Origin: Negaprion brevirostris
Lineage: Eukaryota
DNA length: 64,000 nucleotides
Direction: 5' to 3'
Assembly: GCA_030324005.1 (NCBI GenBank)
Contig: JARDVH010000133.1
Span: forward strand, 34,098,471 to 34,162,470
Shown here: positions 48,968-60,957 of the stretch, piece by piece
How positions within the stretch are numbered: position 1 is the first letter of the stretch
How the letters are laid out: each line of letters opens with the position of its first letter
The notes under the pieces: generated by a model
The model's database searches: none
The model's input: only the letters and a program-made list of their open reading frames with translations
What the model was told of the DNA's origin: nothing
Made by a program: the position numbers and the translations under genes

Positions 48968-49240
48968 GGCTGGCACGGTGGCACAGTGGTTAGCACTCCT
49001 GCCTCACTGTGCCAGAGAACCGGCTTCAATTCCCACCTTGGATCACTGTCTGTGTGGAGTTTGCACATTCTCCCCATGCCTGTGTGGGTTTCCTCTGGGT
49101 GCTCCAGTTTCCTCCCACAGCCTGAAAGATGTTTTGAGTTAGGTGCATTGACCTGAAGAGATGCCAGGCTGCGGCAACGAGGGGAATTTCACAGTAACTT
49201 CATTGTAGTGCTAATGTAAGCCTTATTTGTAATAAATGTA
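48968..49240 (+). mobile_element. V-SINE, full length, alternative tail
   Basis: A-box tggcacagtgg, V-domain, tail cacagtaacttcattgtagtgctaatgtaagcc. Confidence 0.9.
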
Positions 49241-49517
49241 AGAAAATCTTTACTTTCTCTTTATCCAGCGATTGTCAACATTGTCTTCTTTCTCCTCTGG
49301 TTTTCTTCAGTCATCCCACAATCCAATCTCAACATTATCCACCTGTCCCCTCCTCCTTCTTTCTCTTTTCTGTTTATCCTCATTCCCTCCCTCAACTGTT
49401 GCTGATCCTCCACCGAACCCTCATTTCAAAAGCTATTCTCCTTCACTCAGCCTCACACTCCAGAGTCCAATTCTCAGCTCCATGGACAGCAACACTGCTC
49501 TCTAGTGACTGGACCAG

Positions 49518-49825
49518 GCATAGATTATCATAGAATCCTACAGTGCAGAAAGAGGCCATTCGGCCCATTGAGTCTGCACTGTCCACAATCCCACCTAGGC
49601 CCGATCCCTAGCATTTACCCTAGCTACTCTCCCTGACACGAGGGGACAATTTAGCATGGCCAATCCACCAAACCTGCACATCTTTGGAACGTGGGAGGAA
49701 ACTGGAGCACCCGGAGGAAACCCACGCAGACACGAGGAGAATGTGCAAACTCTACCCAGACAGCGACCCGTGGTTAGAATTGAACCTGAGTCCCTGGCAC
49801 TGTGAGGCAGCAGTGCTAACCACTG
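49518..49825 (-). mobile_element. V-SINE (HE1-like), CR1-type tail
   Basis: catagaatcctacagtgcagaaagaggccattcggccc tail; V-domain in reverse complement. Confidence 0.9.
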
Positions 49826-50014
49826 ATACTACCAGACCTGCTGAGATTTTCCAGCATTTTCTCTTTTGCTCTCTAATATTATTTTACTCTGTAAAACCAT
49901 TCAACAGTTTTCCGTTAACATGCAATATATCCACAAACCCCCAGCTTTATCAAACATTTTGTTCATGGACACACTGATGACAGAGGTTATTCAACAAGCA
50001 GATATCAGATTAGA

Positions 50015-50492
50015 TCACTGGGCTGATACCGGAGATGAGAGGGTTAGCTTATGAAGAGCGATTGAATAGATTGGGTTTGTACTCATTAGAGTTTAGAAGG
50101 CTGAGGGGGGATCTTATAGAGATGTATAAGATAATGAAGGGGATGGATAGGGTAGAGGTCGAGAGATACTTCCCGCTTAGAAAGGAAAACGGAACTCGAG
50201 GGCACAACCTCAGAATAAGAGGCGGGGGGGAGGTGCAGTTTAAAACAGAGTTGAGGAGGAACTTCTTCACACAAAGGGTGGTGAATCTCTGGAATTCTCT
50301 ACCCATTGAAGTGGTGGAGGCTACCTCGCTGAATATATTTAAGTCACGGGTGGATAGATTTATGATAGACAAGGGAATTAAGGGTTATGGGGAGAAAGTG
50401 GGAAAGTGGAACTGATCCACTTCAGATCAGTTATGACCTTATTGAATGGCGGGGCAGACTCGATGGCCTACTCCTGCTCCTATTTCTTATGT
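50015..50492 (+). mobile_element. Relatively young CR1 3' fragment
   Basis: Open frame MRGLAYEERLNRLGLYSLEFRRLRGDLIE...RRNFFTQRVVNLWNSLP...KGIKGYGEKVGKW, then the 3'UTR tail. Confidence 0.92.
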
Positions 50493-50668
50493 TCTGCCAC
50501 TACTGTGTACCATTTATGGAACTATCTCCTAGCAAGTATTGCTGCTTTCAGGAGTGGTGAGAAATTGGATACTAAATGGATTGTACTTCAGTTTTGAGGG
50601 AAACTTTTGTTTTCTGAAGTAATGTTTTTAAACCTGTTTTTTTTAAGTGCTCTTGTTTTATTTTTCAG

Positions 50669-50820
50669 ACCTCTGAATACATAATCCAGGCATACAAATA
50701 TGGTGCATTTGAGAAAATTCCAGAATTCATTGCCTTCCGGAACAGGCTGAACAACTCTTTGCATTTTGCACAAGTCCGCGTAGAACGTATGCTGTTGGAC
50801 CTCTTCCTCGAAGCAAACAT
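50669..50820 (+). CDS. NAA25: NAA25 coding exon 16
   Basis: TSEYIIQAYKYGAFEKIPEFIAFRNRLNNSLHFAQVRVERMLLDLFLEAN; donor AT|gtatgt. Confidence 0.96.
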
Positions 50821-51559
50821 GTATGTGTAGCTATACCATTCAGTACTGAACCTGTAAAACAGAGCTCTTTTTTAACTGCTTAATTGATTCACTCGTTTTA
50901 TGGGAATTGATGACATTAGCAATGCTTCAGTTTGTAACAATAGTGCTGTGGTTTTTATTTCTTTTTTTACATTTACAAAGTTTATGTTCTTGCATGTTTA
51001 ATGAGGCTTTATATAATGTATTTGCATTTTTGCACATTTCCTGCAGTCTGAGTTTTGATTGCAATCTGCTTGCAGGAGGAATGCATTGATGTCAGATTTC
51101 TTGATGTGACTGCATGCCCTGGGAGCAATGTAGTCAGCGGTTGAGGCATTTTATTTGGCCATGGTTTCTATGGCTAGGAGAAAAGCAATTCATCTGCGTT
51201 AGATCATTTTTGAGAATAGAATTTAAAATCTGCCCACTCCTTTGGTTATATGTGCATTTTGTGTATCTGCCAGTGAAGCACGGGGATCCTGATTTTTCTC
51301 ACTCCTGTTTCTCCCACTGAGGCTCAGTGATTGTCTTCTGATGTACCATCATCGATCTGGCAAGAACTTTTTCACCTGACCTCTCCCCTCTTCAATGGAG
51401 CAATTCCACATTCTGGCCAGTCAGAACTGAAGATTGCTGGGTGTGAGTGGAGATGTAGGGAAGAAGACAATTTGTCTGCCCTTACACTGCAATGAAGTAT
51501 CTTTTTGCAGTGTAGAATGTAGTGCCATAATATTACCTCAGACGTGTGCTGTTTGAGAA

Positions 51560-51825
51560 TGCATGCTATATGTCGTCTTGACTATCTGTGTTGCCACTTT
51601 CAGTGACCTGTGTACCTGGTACACCCAGATCCCTTTGCCAATCAATACTCTTAAGGGTTCTACCATTTACTGTATATTTCCTATCTGTATTAGACCTTCC
51701 AAAATGCATTCCCTCCCTTTTGTCTGGATTAAACTCCATCTGCCACCTCTCCGCCCAAGTCTCCAACTGATTTATATCCTGCTATATCCTCTGATGATCC
51801 TCATCACTATTCGCAAACCCACCAA
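51560..51825 (-). mobile_element. CR1 RT fragment ending about 40 nt before the exon 17 acceptor
   Basis: Minus ORF ETWAERWQMEFNPDK..MHFGRSN...QRDLGV. Confidence 0.85.
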
Positions 51826-51866
51826 CCTTTCTCTCTTTGCTTACATCTCTTTATTCTCCTTCCTAG

Positions 51867-51992
51867 AACTAACAGCCTGGAAGAAAGTATAAAATCAATG
51901 GGTTTATGTCCAGATGAAGATGATATTCCATGGGACAATCTTCGGGATAACCGGGATCTGGCTGTTCTCATTAGCTGGGATCCAAAGGACAG
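51867..51992 (+). CDS. NAA25: NAA25 coding exon 17
   Basis: (I)TNSLEESIKSMGLCPDEDDIPWDNLRDNRDLAVLISWDPKD; donor AG|gtaagc. Confidence 0.95.
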
Positions 51993-52374
51993 GTAAGCAG
52001 TGTTGTGAAACGTAATTGTGACTATCTGACAGTGAGAAAGTGATTTTGTTAAATCTAGTTCTAAAGGTCTAAACTTCTCTTGGCATTTGTAGGTTTCTAA
52101 TTCCAGGGACCAAAAATCTACTATTAATTAATCTACACGTACACAGAAATTTATTAAGTATTGCTATTCTCATCTCTTCACCACCCTGCACAATGTCCAC
52201 TATTTTGCAAATTAGTTTTTTCCACCAGCTGAGCCAGGACCAGGCCATCAATATTCATGGACCTTTTCGAATTAATTTATGACCAACGCAACTTACTTTC
52301 TCCTCACTCTCCACCTGTGCCATTTCACCTTTGTCTGCACCAGCCAACCCTAAATATCTTCACCTCCAAGCTTG

Positions 52375-55300
52375 CCTTTTTTATTTTAAATTATTTCTTG
52401 AAAGTTTTCCATTTTATAATGTACTAATGTCACCAAAAACTAGTACAATGTAGAATAATCATCATTCCACATATTCCTACATATTAATATGGTAATAGTA
52501 AATATTAATACATTGGTTCAAATTATCAATCACAATTCATTGTAATTGGCATCTCCTTTCACATGGAGACTGAATGGATATTATAAAGAATGGGGCTATC
52601 AGGATAATCGGATAACAGTGTAAAGCCATGAGCACGTGGCACAATGATGCACACCGTAACCCATAGGATAACAAAGAGCTATACACAACATACGAGTTCC
52701 TGTATGGGGTCAGATGCAACTAAGTGAGAGCCAATTCAGCACCCTAAGACCTCTGAACAGTAAAAGGATACCCCAGAAAAAAGAGGAGCATCAGGATATG
52801 ACCTCTGGTACAAAATGTGACTTGACAGCGTGCATTGTTGTATACAGGATAACAGGAGCAGAGCTACACAGCCTCACAGGAGTTGTGTGAATAAAACAGA
52901 GCTCAGAATCTGAACTCACCCTGGATCTCACAAATTGCAGGATATCTTCCATTCGGGAACCTAAACCTGTCCAGATGCTCCCTCCTCCTCCTCCTCCTCC
53001 TCCTCCTCCTACTACTACTACGACTACGACTACTATCATCTCAGGGGAAGACAAACTACTCTCCTTTGAATAATGTAATATTGTTTCTACTCCTCCCAAA
53101 CACGGATTTTCAAAATAGCTGCTACTGCTCCTACCTGTGCTGCCATTAGACAGAAGCGATATTAACACGGAGAATGGAAGTGCCAATGAAACAAAGATTC
53201 TAACACCGTGCTTGGTCTCAACAAAACAAACCTTGTTTCAGACCAGAGAAGCAAGTTCAAGCCCCACCGTCAGCTGGAAACATTTAGCCCGTTTTCCTAC
53301 GAAGGAGATCCTCCCAACAGGGAGAAGAATAATCTTTAAGATGTCCACCAATGTGATATTTTGGGAGAAGATACAATCCTCGTCCTTCCGGGAAGATACT
53401 ATAGGATTGATTATAACAAGTTGGAGCCAGCATCAGCACCTGCTTAACCAGATAAGCAGAAGAAATCCTGGTGAGAAGGGAGCACCAGGATAAACTCATA
53501 GACACTAGCATGGTCTAACAGTATACACCCTCACAAGCAAGACATTAGAAACAGCAACAAAACTTCAGACAGAAACTGCCCCCCAGGGGAACCTAAACCT
53601 CACAAAGGAGAATCATCCAGAAATCCCCAAGGGGGACATAACAGGAGAGGGCAACCTATATCCCTGCCAAGTGTATTCTCCTCCTGATTTGGATAATCAC
53701 AGTTACTACTGCCCTAACTTACCCAGCCAAACTAAGCACAGATCAACAACACAAAAGAAGGAGCGACAGCTCTATTGAACTTTGAATAAACTAAACCCCC
53801 TCCTCCCCAACATCACTAGGCACGCTGAGGGCACTGCTGAAGCCTTACCGTCACCACATTACCACTCATTTCTCCTCACTAAAGAAACCCTAGCAACAGG
53901 ATAATATACTCACCATGCATTCCAAGCATTAAATTACTAAGTAACCACAGTCACTATTCACACAGCCAAGAAAATATGGGAAACCAACCCAAGGAAGCAG
54001 GATAACCAAGGATTCACTAACCACAATCAGGCATGAACCAACATATATTTCCCCCAGCTGCAGCTATATTGGAAGCACCAACAAAAAAACCCAGTCTTTT
54101 CCAAAATACATGATCTGTCTGTACCTTAGCAGGAGACCATCAAGAATTCTTTAACTCCTGAATAACCAAATATTAAAAAAAGTGACACCATAAGTTCTAA
54201 CACGGTGTTTTCCTCACCTATTATGAGGGTTTACAAGGCCATGCCCACCATCTCTATACTGTATCACCTGGCAGCCTGCTGTGGCACTACCCATCTTAAC
54301 CATAAACAAAGTAAAAGATATTTTTTAAAAAAAACTCCTTTACTACAAATGCAAGGATTACAGCATTAAAAACATAAATATTGCACGACTTGAATGTCGC
54401 AACCAACCCAGCATATTTCCCAATAGAATCGAAGAGACTCATTATCAGTCTACAAACAAGAAAATATCTCCGCAAACACTGAATCCCAACGATTTGAATT
54501 TGACATGGCCGTAGGCAAAGTGGTCAGATCTCTCACCACCCTGCTCCCCTGGAACCACACATCAGACCAAAATTGAATTCAAGATGCAAATAGTATCAAA
54601 CTCTAAATTAAGGTCCATCGCCAGTGCATACTGGTGGATGAATTCCATCATAAATAAATCCCTGATTTTCGAAGTATAACGGGCAATATATGTGTCAGTG
54701 CTCACATACACCCTTGTCAGGATAAAAGGCAATATCTTAAAATCAGAAATCGCAAGGGATAAAAATTCAGAATTAATGATGAATTGTAGGATAATATAAC
54801 CATCCACAGAGCTTGAAAAGGCCAAAGTTGTGAGAGGATTATCACACAACGTCAAGGATCCATCCAGAAATCCAATGAAGCTTTGCACCTCTGTCGTTGC
54901 CTGGTAGCGAGAGTCCGAGGCCCTGGCAGGTAGTGAGATCTCATTGAATCTGGCTGTGAAAACCAAGGTCAAGTCAACAAAGCTAAGATCAACATTTGCG
55001 ATCTTTGGCTGACCCAGGCTTCCAAGAACAGATTCAGTATGCCCCATCAAACTAGAAATGCCCAGCCTTCAAATCAAGATAATCAAAGTATGACAGTTCT
55101 CAAATTCAGCCAGGAATTCATCTCCAGCTTCTCTTGGGGAACCTGGCACGTTGACACTCCATCTCCGGCACCATCTCCCTAATTTAACCAGGATGCCCAA
55201 CATATGCAGTAGGATTTTTCCAAGGACTGAAGGTGAGCCCTTACCGAGGAAACTGCCCTCTTGACTGACTGGATTCTTTTCTCAGCTTTATCCTTTTTCT

Positions 55301-55540
55301 CTCAGATATTTCGCAGTTCATCAATGTGTGCAGCAGTGACCTGTGCCAGGGAGCTGAGGCTGTTGTCCACAACTTTACTCACAAAGACAGCCATCATTAT
55401 GATGTCTTTTGGCACCAGCAAAAACTGCCACTGCGAACAAGGCCCCAGCCCAGCTGTCTCCAACTGCACTGATCAAATGAGGATTTTCTTGCCTTTACTC
55501 GGCTCCCCCTCACCAAAAGTTTAACCAGGATCTTCCAAGA
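52375..55540 (-). mobile_element. Highly decayed L1/Tx1-like LINE
   Basis: T-rich left end, 3-kb strand-biased composition and a GGxGL-like remnant near 53780-53810; only fragments are translatable. Confidence 0.45.
52978..53040. repeat. Compound trinucleotide microsatellite (CCT)10 followed by (ACT/ACG)n
   Basis: Directly visible. Confidence 0.95.
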
Positions 55541-56560
55541 ACGTAGCATGGAGTATACTTTTCTAAAATTAAATAGTTAAGTTGTGCATCAGGAAAGGAA
55601 AGGATTAAAATGTGAGTAGTGCCAGAGCTCATGGAAATGCAGCCATTCCCGCACTTACGTTACATGACCCTCAGGCTCGGCTTCTTTAATGTTTTCATTG
55701 TTAACCTCCCTGACTCCGCAATCTGTCTACAAAATACCATTAAATCATCTCATGCATAGTTTTCTTTATGCCCAGACAGCTGAGTTAACCCTTTGCGTTT
55801 GAATCCTGCCATGACCTTTTCCCACTCTTTGATATTTATCCTTATGTCAGTATGATTGTCCCCTGCTACTCCAGTACTAAACAATTTTTTAGTCACCATT
55901 TCGTCTGCTCTGCCATTGGTGACTGTACCTTCAGTCATTATTCCTCTGAACCCTAGAACTTAGAAAAATCCTTTTGACTCACCATCTCCCATCCTAATTT
56001 CAAATGCCATTCGAACATTTTTTCTTAACCATACCATCTTCTTTTCTCTATAATTCGCATTTCACTTTTCCTCTCTCCATTCTCATTCACACTCCCGTCT
56101 TTTTGGTGAAGGATATTATAAAAACTGACACAATAAATTACATTTTTTATATAGATCTTTAATAATTCCACAAGGCCACTGGGATTTAGATTCACATCTA
56201 ATCCAGGTCAATGATAAGGCTGACAATAAGGCAGCTGTGTGAAATAAACTTGTACAATCTCAGTGCAATCCCTATTCATTGTGGCACACCACAAAGCAGC
56301 TCCTGAACTATCATGGAATTGTAACCTCAAGTTAATAGTTAATTTGAGATTTTTATGAATAAAGTATATTTTTGGGAAAAAAATCATGGAATTGTAACTA
56401 AAGTGGCCATCTCGTTCACAGCTAACAGCTTTGAGAGATTAGGAAATAATTCTGTGCACCATAGAGTGTACACAGTTGTGTAAATTAATCTGTGAAAACC
56501 TCTTTGCAAATTGGTCAGAAAAATGTTACTATAACTTTTCTTCCCCCTCAATTATGATAG

Positions 56561-56804
56561 GGAGTTGTCAGAGGGAGAAAGAAAGACTTCTATGAAAGAG
56601 GAAAGAATATGGCTTCAGGTTCGCTCATTGACACTGCGTCTGATCTGTACACTCGCTGCTATTAGCCATACAGTAGAGCCGAAAAATTCGGAAAAGACGA
56701 CAGAAAACGGTGTCACCTCTAAAATTGAAACGCTGCGCTCTTTAATTCAACAGCTTGAATGTGTAGTGCAGTCTGAGAAGAAAAAAGACAAACGAACTGT
56801 TCAG
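56561..56804 (+). CDS. NAA25: NAA25 coding exon 18
   Basis: (R)ELSEGERKTSMKEERIWLQVRSLTLRLICTLAAISHTVEPKNSEKTTENGVTSKIETLRSLIQQLECVVQSEKKKDKRTVQ; donor CAG|gtacag chosen because it keeps frame with exon 19. Confidence 0.9.
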
Positions 56805-57639
56805 GTACAGTCCTCAGTATTTGAGAAAATGTAAGTTGGTTTGACAAAACTGATACTTGGCAAACAATGTCAAATTTTCTGCAACTAGTAATTTTGTACA
56901 TCCAGTCTCCTGTCTGTACTAAGGGGTAGAAGTTTGGAATTTTCTTCTGCCAACAGCAATTGTTGCCAGATCAATTGGTAATTTTAAAACTCAGCTGGTT
57001 AGATTTTTATTAACCAACAATATTAAGGGATTTGGCCAAAGGTAGGGATATGAAATTAGGCCACAGATCAGCTGTGGTTTCATTGATTGGCAGAACAAGC
57101 TTGAAGAGCTAAATGGCTGAATTCTGTTCAGAGATGGTGCAGTAACTGTCTTGGGAGTGAGAAAGGTTGGCAGTGTTCCTCCTTCTGAACTTCAGTCTTT
57201 AATTTTTGCTGAAAAGTGTCTGTGGACAGAAGGTCCCATTTCTTATCACATGGCCCTGCAGATTAATAGTTTACCAGCTAGTTGAATGTGAGGGGAGAAA
57301 ATGCATTGCCTACTGTGATGTAGCGCAATAAGAACCACCACAAACATAGTCAAAAAGTACATAGACCTTTTGTGAATTAGTAGTCATTATCCGAAATGCA
57401 TTAGAGTAAGGGAAACGTCGAGAAATGGCTTGGCCACAACCAGACTGAACTTAATGTTGACTGTTGAAGATCTAGGCCCCTGCCACCCTCCTCAACCCTG
57501 ACAAACGTCTGAAGCTACACTGGCCAAAAATAACAGCTCTTCCTTGCCAGCATTCCCACTTAATAGGAATGTCCTGTCACTAAGTTCTTGCTACCTACTG
57601 TGTGATCCTACGAATATTAGAGAATTTTTTTTGTTTTAG

Positions 57640-59620
57640 TATTTATTCTTTCACAGAATGTGGACATTATTGGTTTAGCCAACATTGTTGCCCATGCCGA
57701 ATTGCCCTTGAAAAGGAAGTGGCGAGCTGCTTTCATGCATCACTACAGTCCATGTGATGCAGGTACACCTGCAGTGCTGTTAGGAAGGGAGTTCCAGGGT
57801 CTTGATCCAGCGACAGTGAAAGAACAGCGATATGTTTCCAGCTCCAGATGGTGTGGGGTTTAGAGGAGAACTTGAGGGTGCAGGCATCTATTCCCCTATC
57901 CTTTTAAGCAGTAGAGGTTTTAGATTTGGGCAAATGCTTGACATGTTGCTGTATTGGATCTTGTATATGGTACACTGTTGCATCGTGTTTTGGTGTCAAG
58001 CTTTTTGAACACTGTTGGAACTGTACTTGTGTATGCAAGTGGTGAGTATTCAGTCACTCTCCTGACTTCTGATTTTTAGGTAGTAGACGGGGAGTTATGA
58101 GGGGAGTTACCCCCACAGACTCCCCTGCTCCAGTGTTTCTGGTCAATGGTAACCCCAAATGTTGATAGTGGAGAGTCAGATATGATGCCATTGAATGTCA
58201 TGGGGAGATAGTTGGAGTCTGTCTTATTGAGGATAGTCATTGCCTGGCACTTGTGTGGCATGAATATCATTTGCCACTTTGCCCAAGTCTCAGTATTGTT
58301 CAGACGTTGCTGCAGTCGTGAATGGTGCTGATCATTATGCAAACATCCCCACTTTGACTTTAGATGGAGGGATCATAGAAGAATCAGAGGCTCCCTGCAT
58401 TTGGCCCATTGAGCCTGCACCGGCAACAATTCCAGCCGCTCCCCGTAACCCTCATATTTATCCTGCTGATTTTCCCTGCCCCTGAAATTAGGGTCAATTT
58501 AGCATGGTCAATCAACTAACCTGCACATCTTTGGATTGTGGGAGGAAACCAGTGCACTTGGAAGTAACCCACACAGACATGGAGAGAACGTCCAAACTTC
58601 ATACAGCCAGGAATTGAATCCGGGTCCCTGACATGAGGCAGCAGTGTTAATCACTGTACCACTGTCTGCCCCTAAGTTTATTTATTAGTGCCACAAGTAG
58701 GCTTATATTAACACTGCAATGAAGTTCTGTGAAAATCCCTTAACCGCCACACTCTGGTGCCTGTTGGGTGCAGTGAGGGAGAATTTAGCATGGCCAGTGC
58801 ACCGAATCGGCACATCTTTTGGACTGTGGGAGGAAACTGGAGCAACTGGAGGAAAGCCCCACAAACATGGGGAGAACATGCAGACTCCGCACCAACAGTG
58901 ACCCAAGCAGGGAATCAAGCCTGGGTCCCTGACACTGAGCCTGCTGTGCGAACCACTGTGCTATCGTGCTGCCCAGTGGTCATTGATGAAGTAGCTGAAG
59001 ATGGTTGGGTCTCGCACATTAGAACATAAGGAACAGGAGCAGGAGTAGGCCATCTAGCCCCTCGAGCCTGCCCCGCCATTCAGTAAGATCATGGCTGATC
59101 TGTCGTGGNNNNNNNNNNNNNNNNNNNNNNNNNNNNNNNNNNNNNNNNNNNNNNNNNNNNNNNNNNNNNNNNNNNNNNNNNNNNNNNNNNNNNNNNNNNN
59201 NNNNNNNNTCTTAAACAACGGCGTAACATTAGCCGTTTTCCAATCTTCCGGCACTTCCCCGGAATCCAGCGAAGTTTGGAAAATACTGTGAGGAACTCCT
59301 GCAGCGATGTCTGGGGACTGAGATAATTGGCGTCCGACACCCACAACCATCTTCGTTCATGCTAGGTATGACTCCTACCAGTGAAGAGTTTTCCCTGATT
59401 CCCGTTAAATTCACTTTTGCTGGAGCTCCTTGATGTCAAGGGCAGTCACTCTCACCTCACTTCTTTGCCCATGTTTGGACCAAGGCTGTAATGAGGTCAG
59501 GAATTGAATGACCCTGGCAGAGTCCAAACTGAGAGCCAGTGGGCAGGTTATTGTGCAAGTGCCGTACCATTAGCATGGTAAACAACACCTTCCAGCACTT
59601 TGGTGGTGATTAAGAGTAGA
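57640..59620 (-). mobile_element. Nested cluster: L2-like LINE split by two tandem V-SINEs (58375-58672, 58675-58975) and a CR1 piece (59020-59290)
   Basis: LINE frame WQMIFMPHKCQAMTI...GVTIDQK. The text gatggagggatca|...|tcattgatgaagtagctgaagatgg resumes across the SINEs. CR1 VPEDWKTANVTPLFK. Confidence 0.8.
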
Positions 59621-59709
59621 CAGTCTAGAGTTGTCCTTTTTTCTGCATTATAGAATGTACTGTGTATGAACCAATGCCAAGGAGACATGCAACATTTTTG
59701 TAAAAAGTG

Positions 59710-60050
59710 AGGGGAGGCAGTGCATAGTGGTATTGTCACTGGACTAATAATTCTGAAACCCAGAAAAAGATAGGGGTTCAAATCCCACCATGGCAGACAG
59801 TGAAATATGAATTCAGTAAAAAAAGCAGTCTGGAATTAAAAGTCTAATGATGGTCCTGAAACCGTTGTCAATTGTCGGAAAAACCCATCTGGTTCACTAA
59901 TCTCCCATAGGGAAGGAAATCTGCCCCCATCAAACTAAATATACTTGCTGACATGTGACTTCAGACCCACAACAATGTGGTTGAATGCTAAATCCCTCAG
60001 GGATGAGCAATTAATGCTTCCCCTGCCAGTGACACCCACGTCCCATGTAC
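59710..60050 (+). mobile_element. tRNA-derived SINE with L2-like tail, near full length
   Basis: A-box-like gtgcatagtgg, B-box ggttcaaatcc; tail gccagtgacacccacgtcccatg resembles the LINE tail at 5590-5640. Confidence 0.75.
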
Positions 60051-60239
60051 AAATAATAGAAAAGAAATGCGTTAAATGTAGTTTGCTAGCATTTACTGTT
60101 GACACAGAACCACAAAGATCAGTACTATATCTCAAGCCAATTGATCTCCACCCATTTCAGAAAGGAGAGTATGAGGATGCTGTATGCACATTGCAGTGTT
60201 TCAGTTGTGCTGCTGCTTGTGAACTATACACGTTGTCAG

Positions 60240-60720
60240 CTTGTGGGTCTCAGTGGTAGCAGAGTGCAGTTGGTACGAAGTTCCAAATTCAAGTACCACT
60301 TGAACACACGTCATTTTTGTGCTTGAGCGCAGAAATCGAAGCCAGCACTCCAGTGTAGTACTGAGAGAGCATTGCATTGTCACAGGTGCTGTCTTTTGAA
60401 TGATCATTACCACAATACTTTTTACTGTATCCTGATATATGTGACAATAACATTGAATCATCTGCCTACTCAGTTGGATGTAAAATATCAAATGGCAATT
60501 TTTCCAAGAGCATTGGTTTATGTCCAATATTTATCCCTGAATGAACATCACCAAGAAATAGATTATCTGGTTGTTGGTTTGTGGGAGGAGTTGAGTTCAA
60601 ATTGATTGCCATATTTCCTACAACAATGTCTGTACTTCAAAAGGTTCTCCATTGGCTGTAAAACACTTGGAGATGGCTGGTGGTCGTGCAAAATGCCATT
60701 TAAATGCAACTCTTTTTTAT
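60240..60720 (+). mobile_element. DeuSINE (SacSINE1/AmnSINE1-like)
   Basis: Deu-domain-like cactccagtgtagtactgagagagcattgcattgtcacaggtgctgtcttt...ccaatatttatccct...agattatctgg. Confidence 0.7.
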
Positions 60721-60833
60721 TCAGGTATAAAGTTGTATTCTGTTAATGTGTTGTTGTGATGTCTAGCTTCAGAAAATTTAAATTTAATCAAGAAATTGGC
60801 ATGATTATTAATGTTTACTCTTGTCCTAATCAG

Positions 60834-60957
60834 TTTCTGGTCCAGGGACCACCTCCAACACGAATGACAACCTATTTAGAAAGCAGCAGCTGTCGGTGTC
60901 AGATTAATGCTTTCCATCTGGTCACTGATATCTATGAAATAGATGTCAGTGGATTAG
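60834..60957 (+). CDS. NAA25: NAA25 coding exon 19
   Basis: FLVQGPPPTRMTTYLESSSCRCQINAFHLVTDIYEIDVSGL; donor G|gtaaga. Confidence 0.93.

Noticed and set aside
48968-49040. tRNA-like A/B boxes as a tRNA gene
   Set aside because: SINE head: it continues into the V-domain and shows no complete cloverleaf.
50035-50415. Clean 126-aa ORF as a possible nested gene
   Set aside because: It is the C-terminus of CR1 ORF2 followed by the CR1 3' tail.
50821-50828. Donor gtatgtgt as a possible U12-type intron
   Set aside because: It lacks the GTATCCTT consensus; all visible NAA25 junctions are ordinary GT-AG.
52791-53186. ORF with poly-Val and poly-Gly tracts
   Set aside because: Translation of the (CCT)n(ACT)n microsatellite within a decayed LINE.
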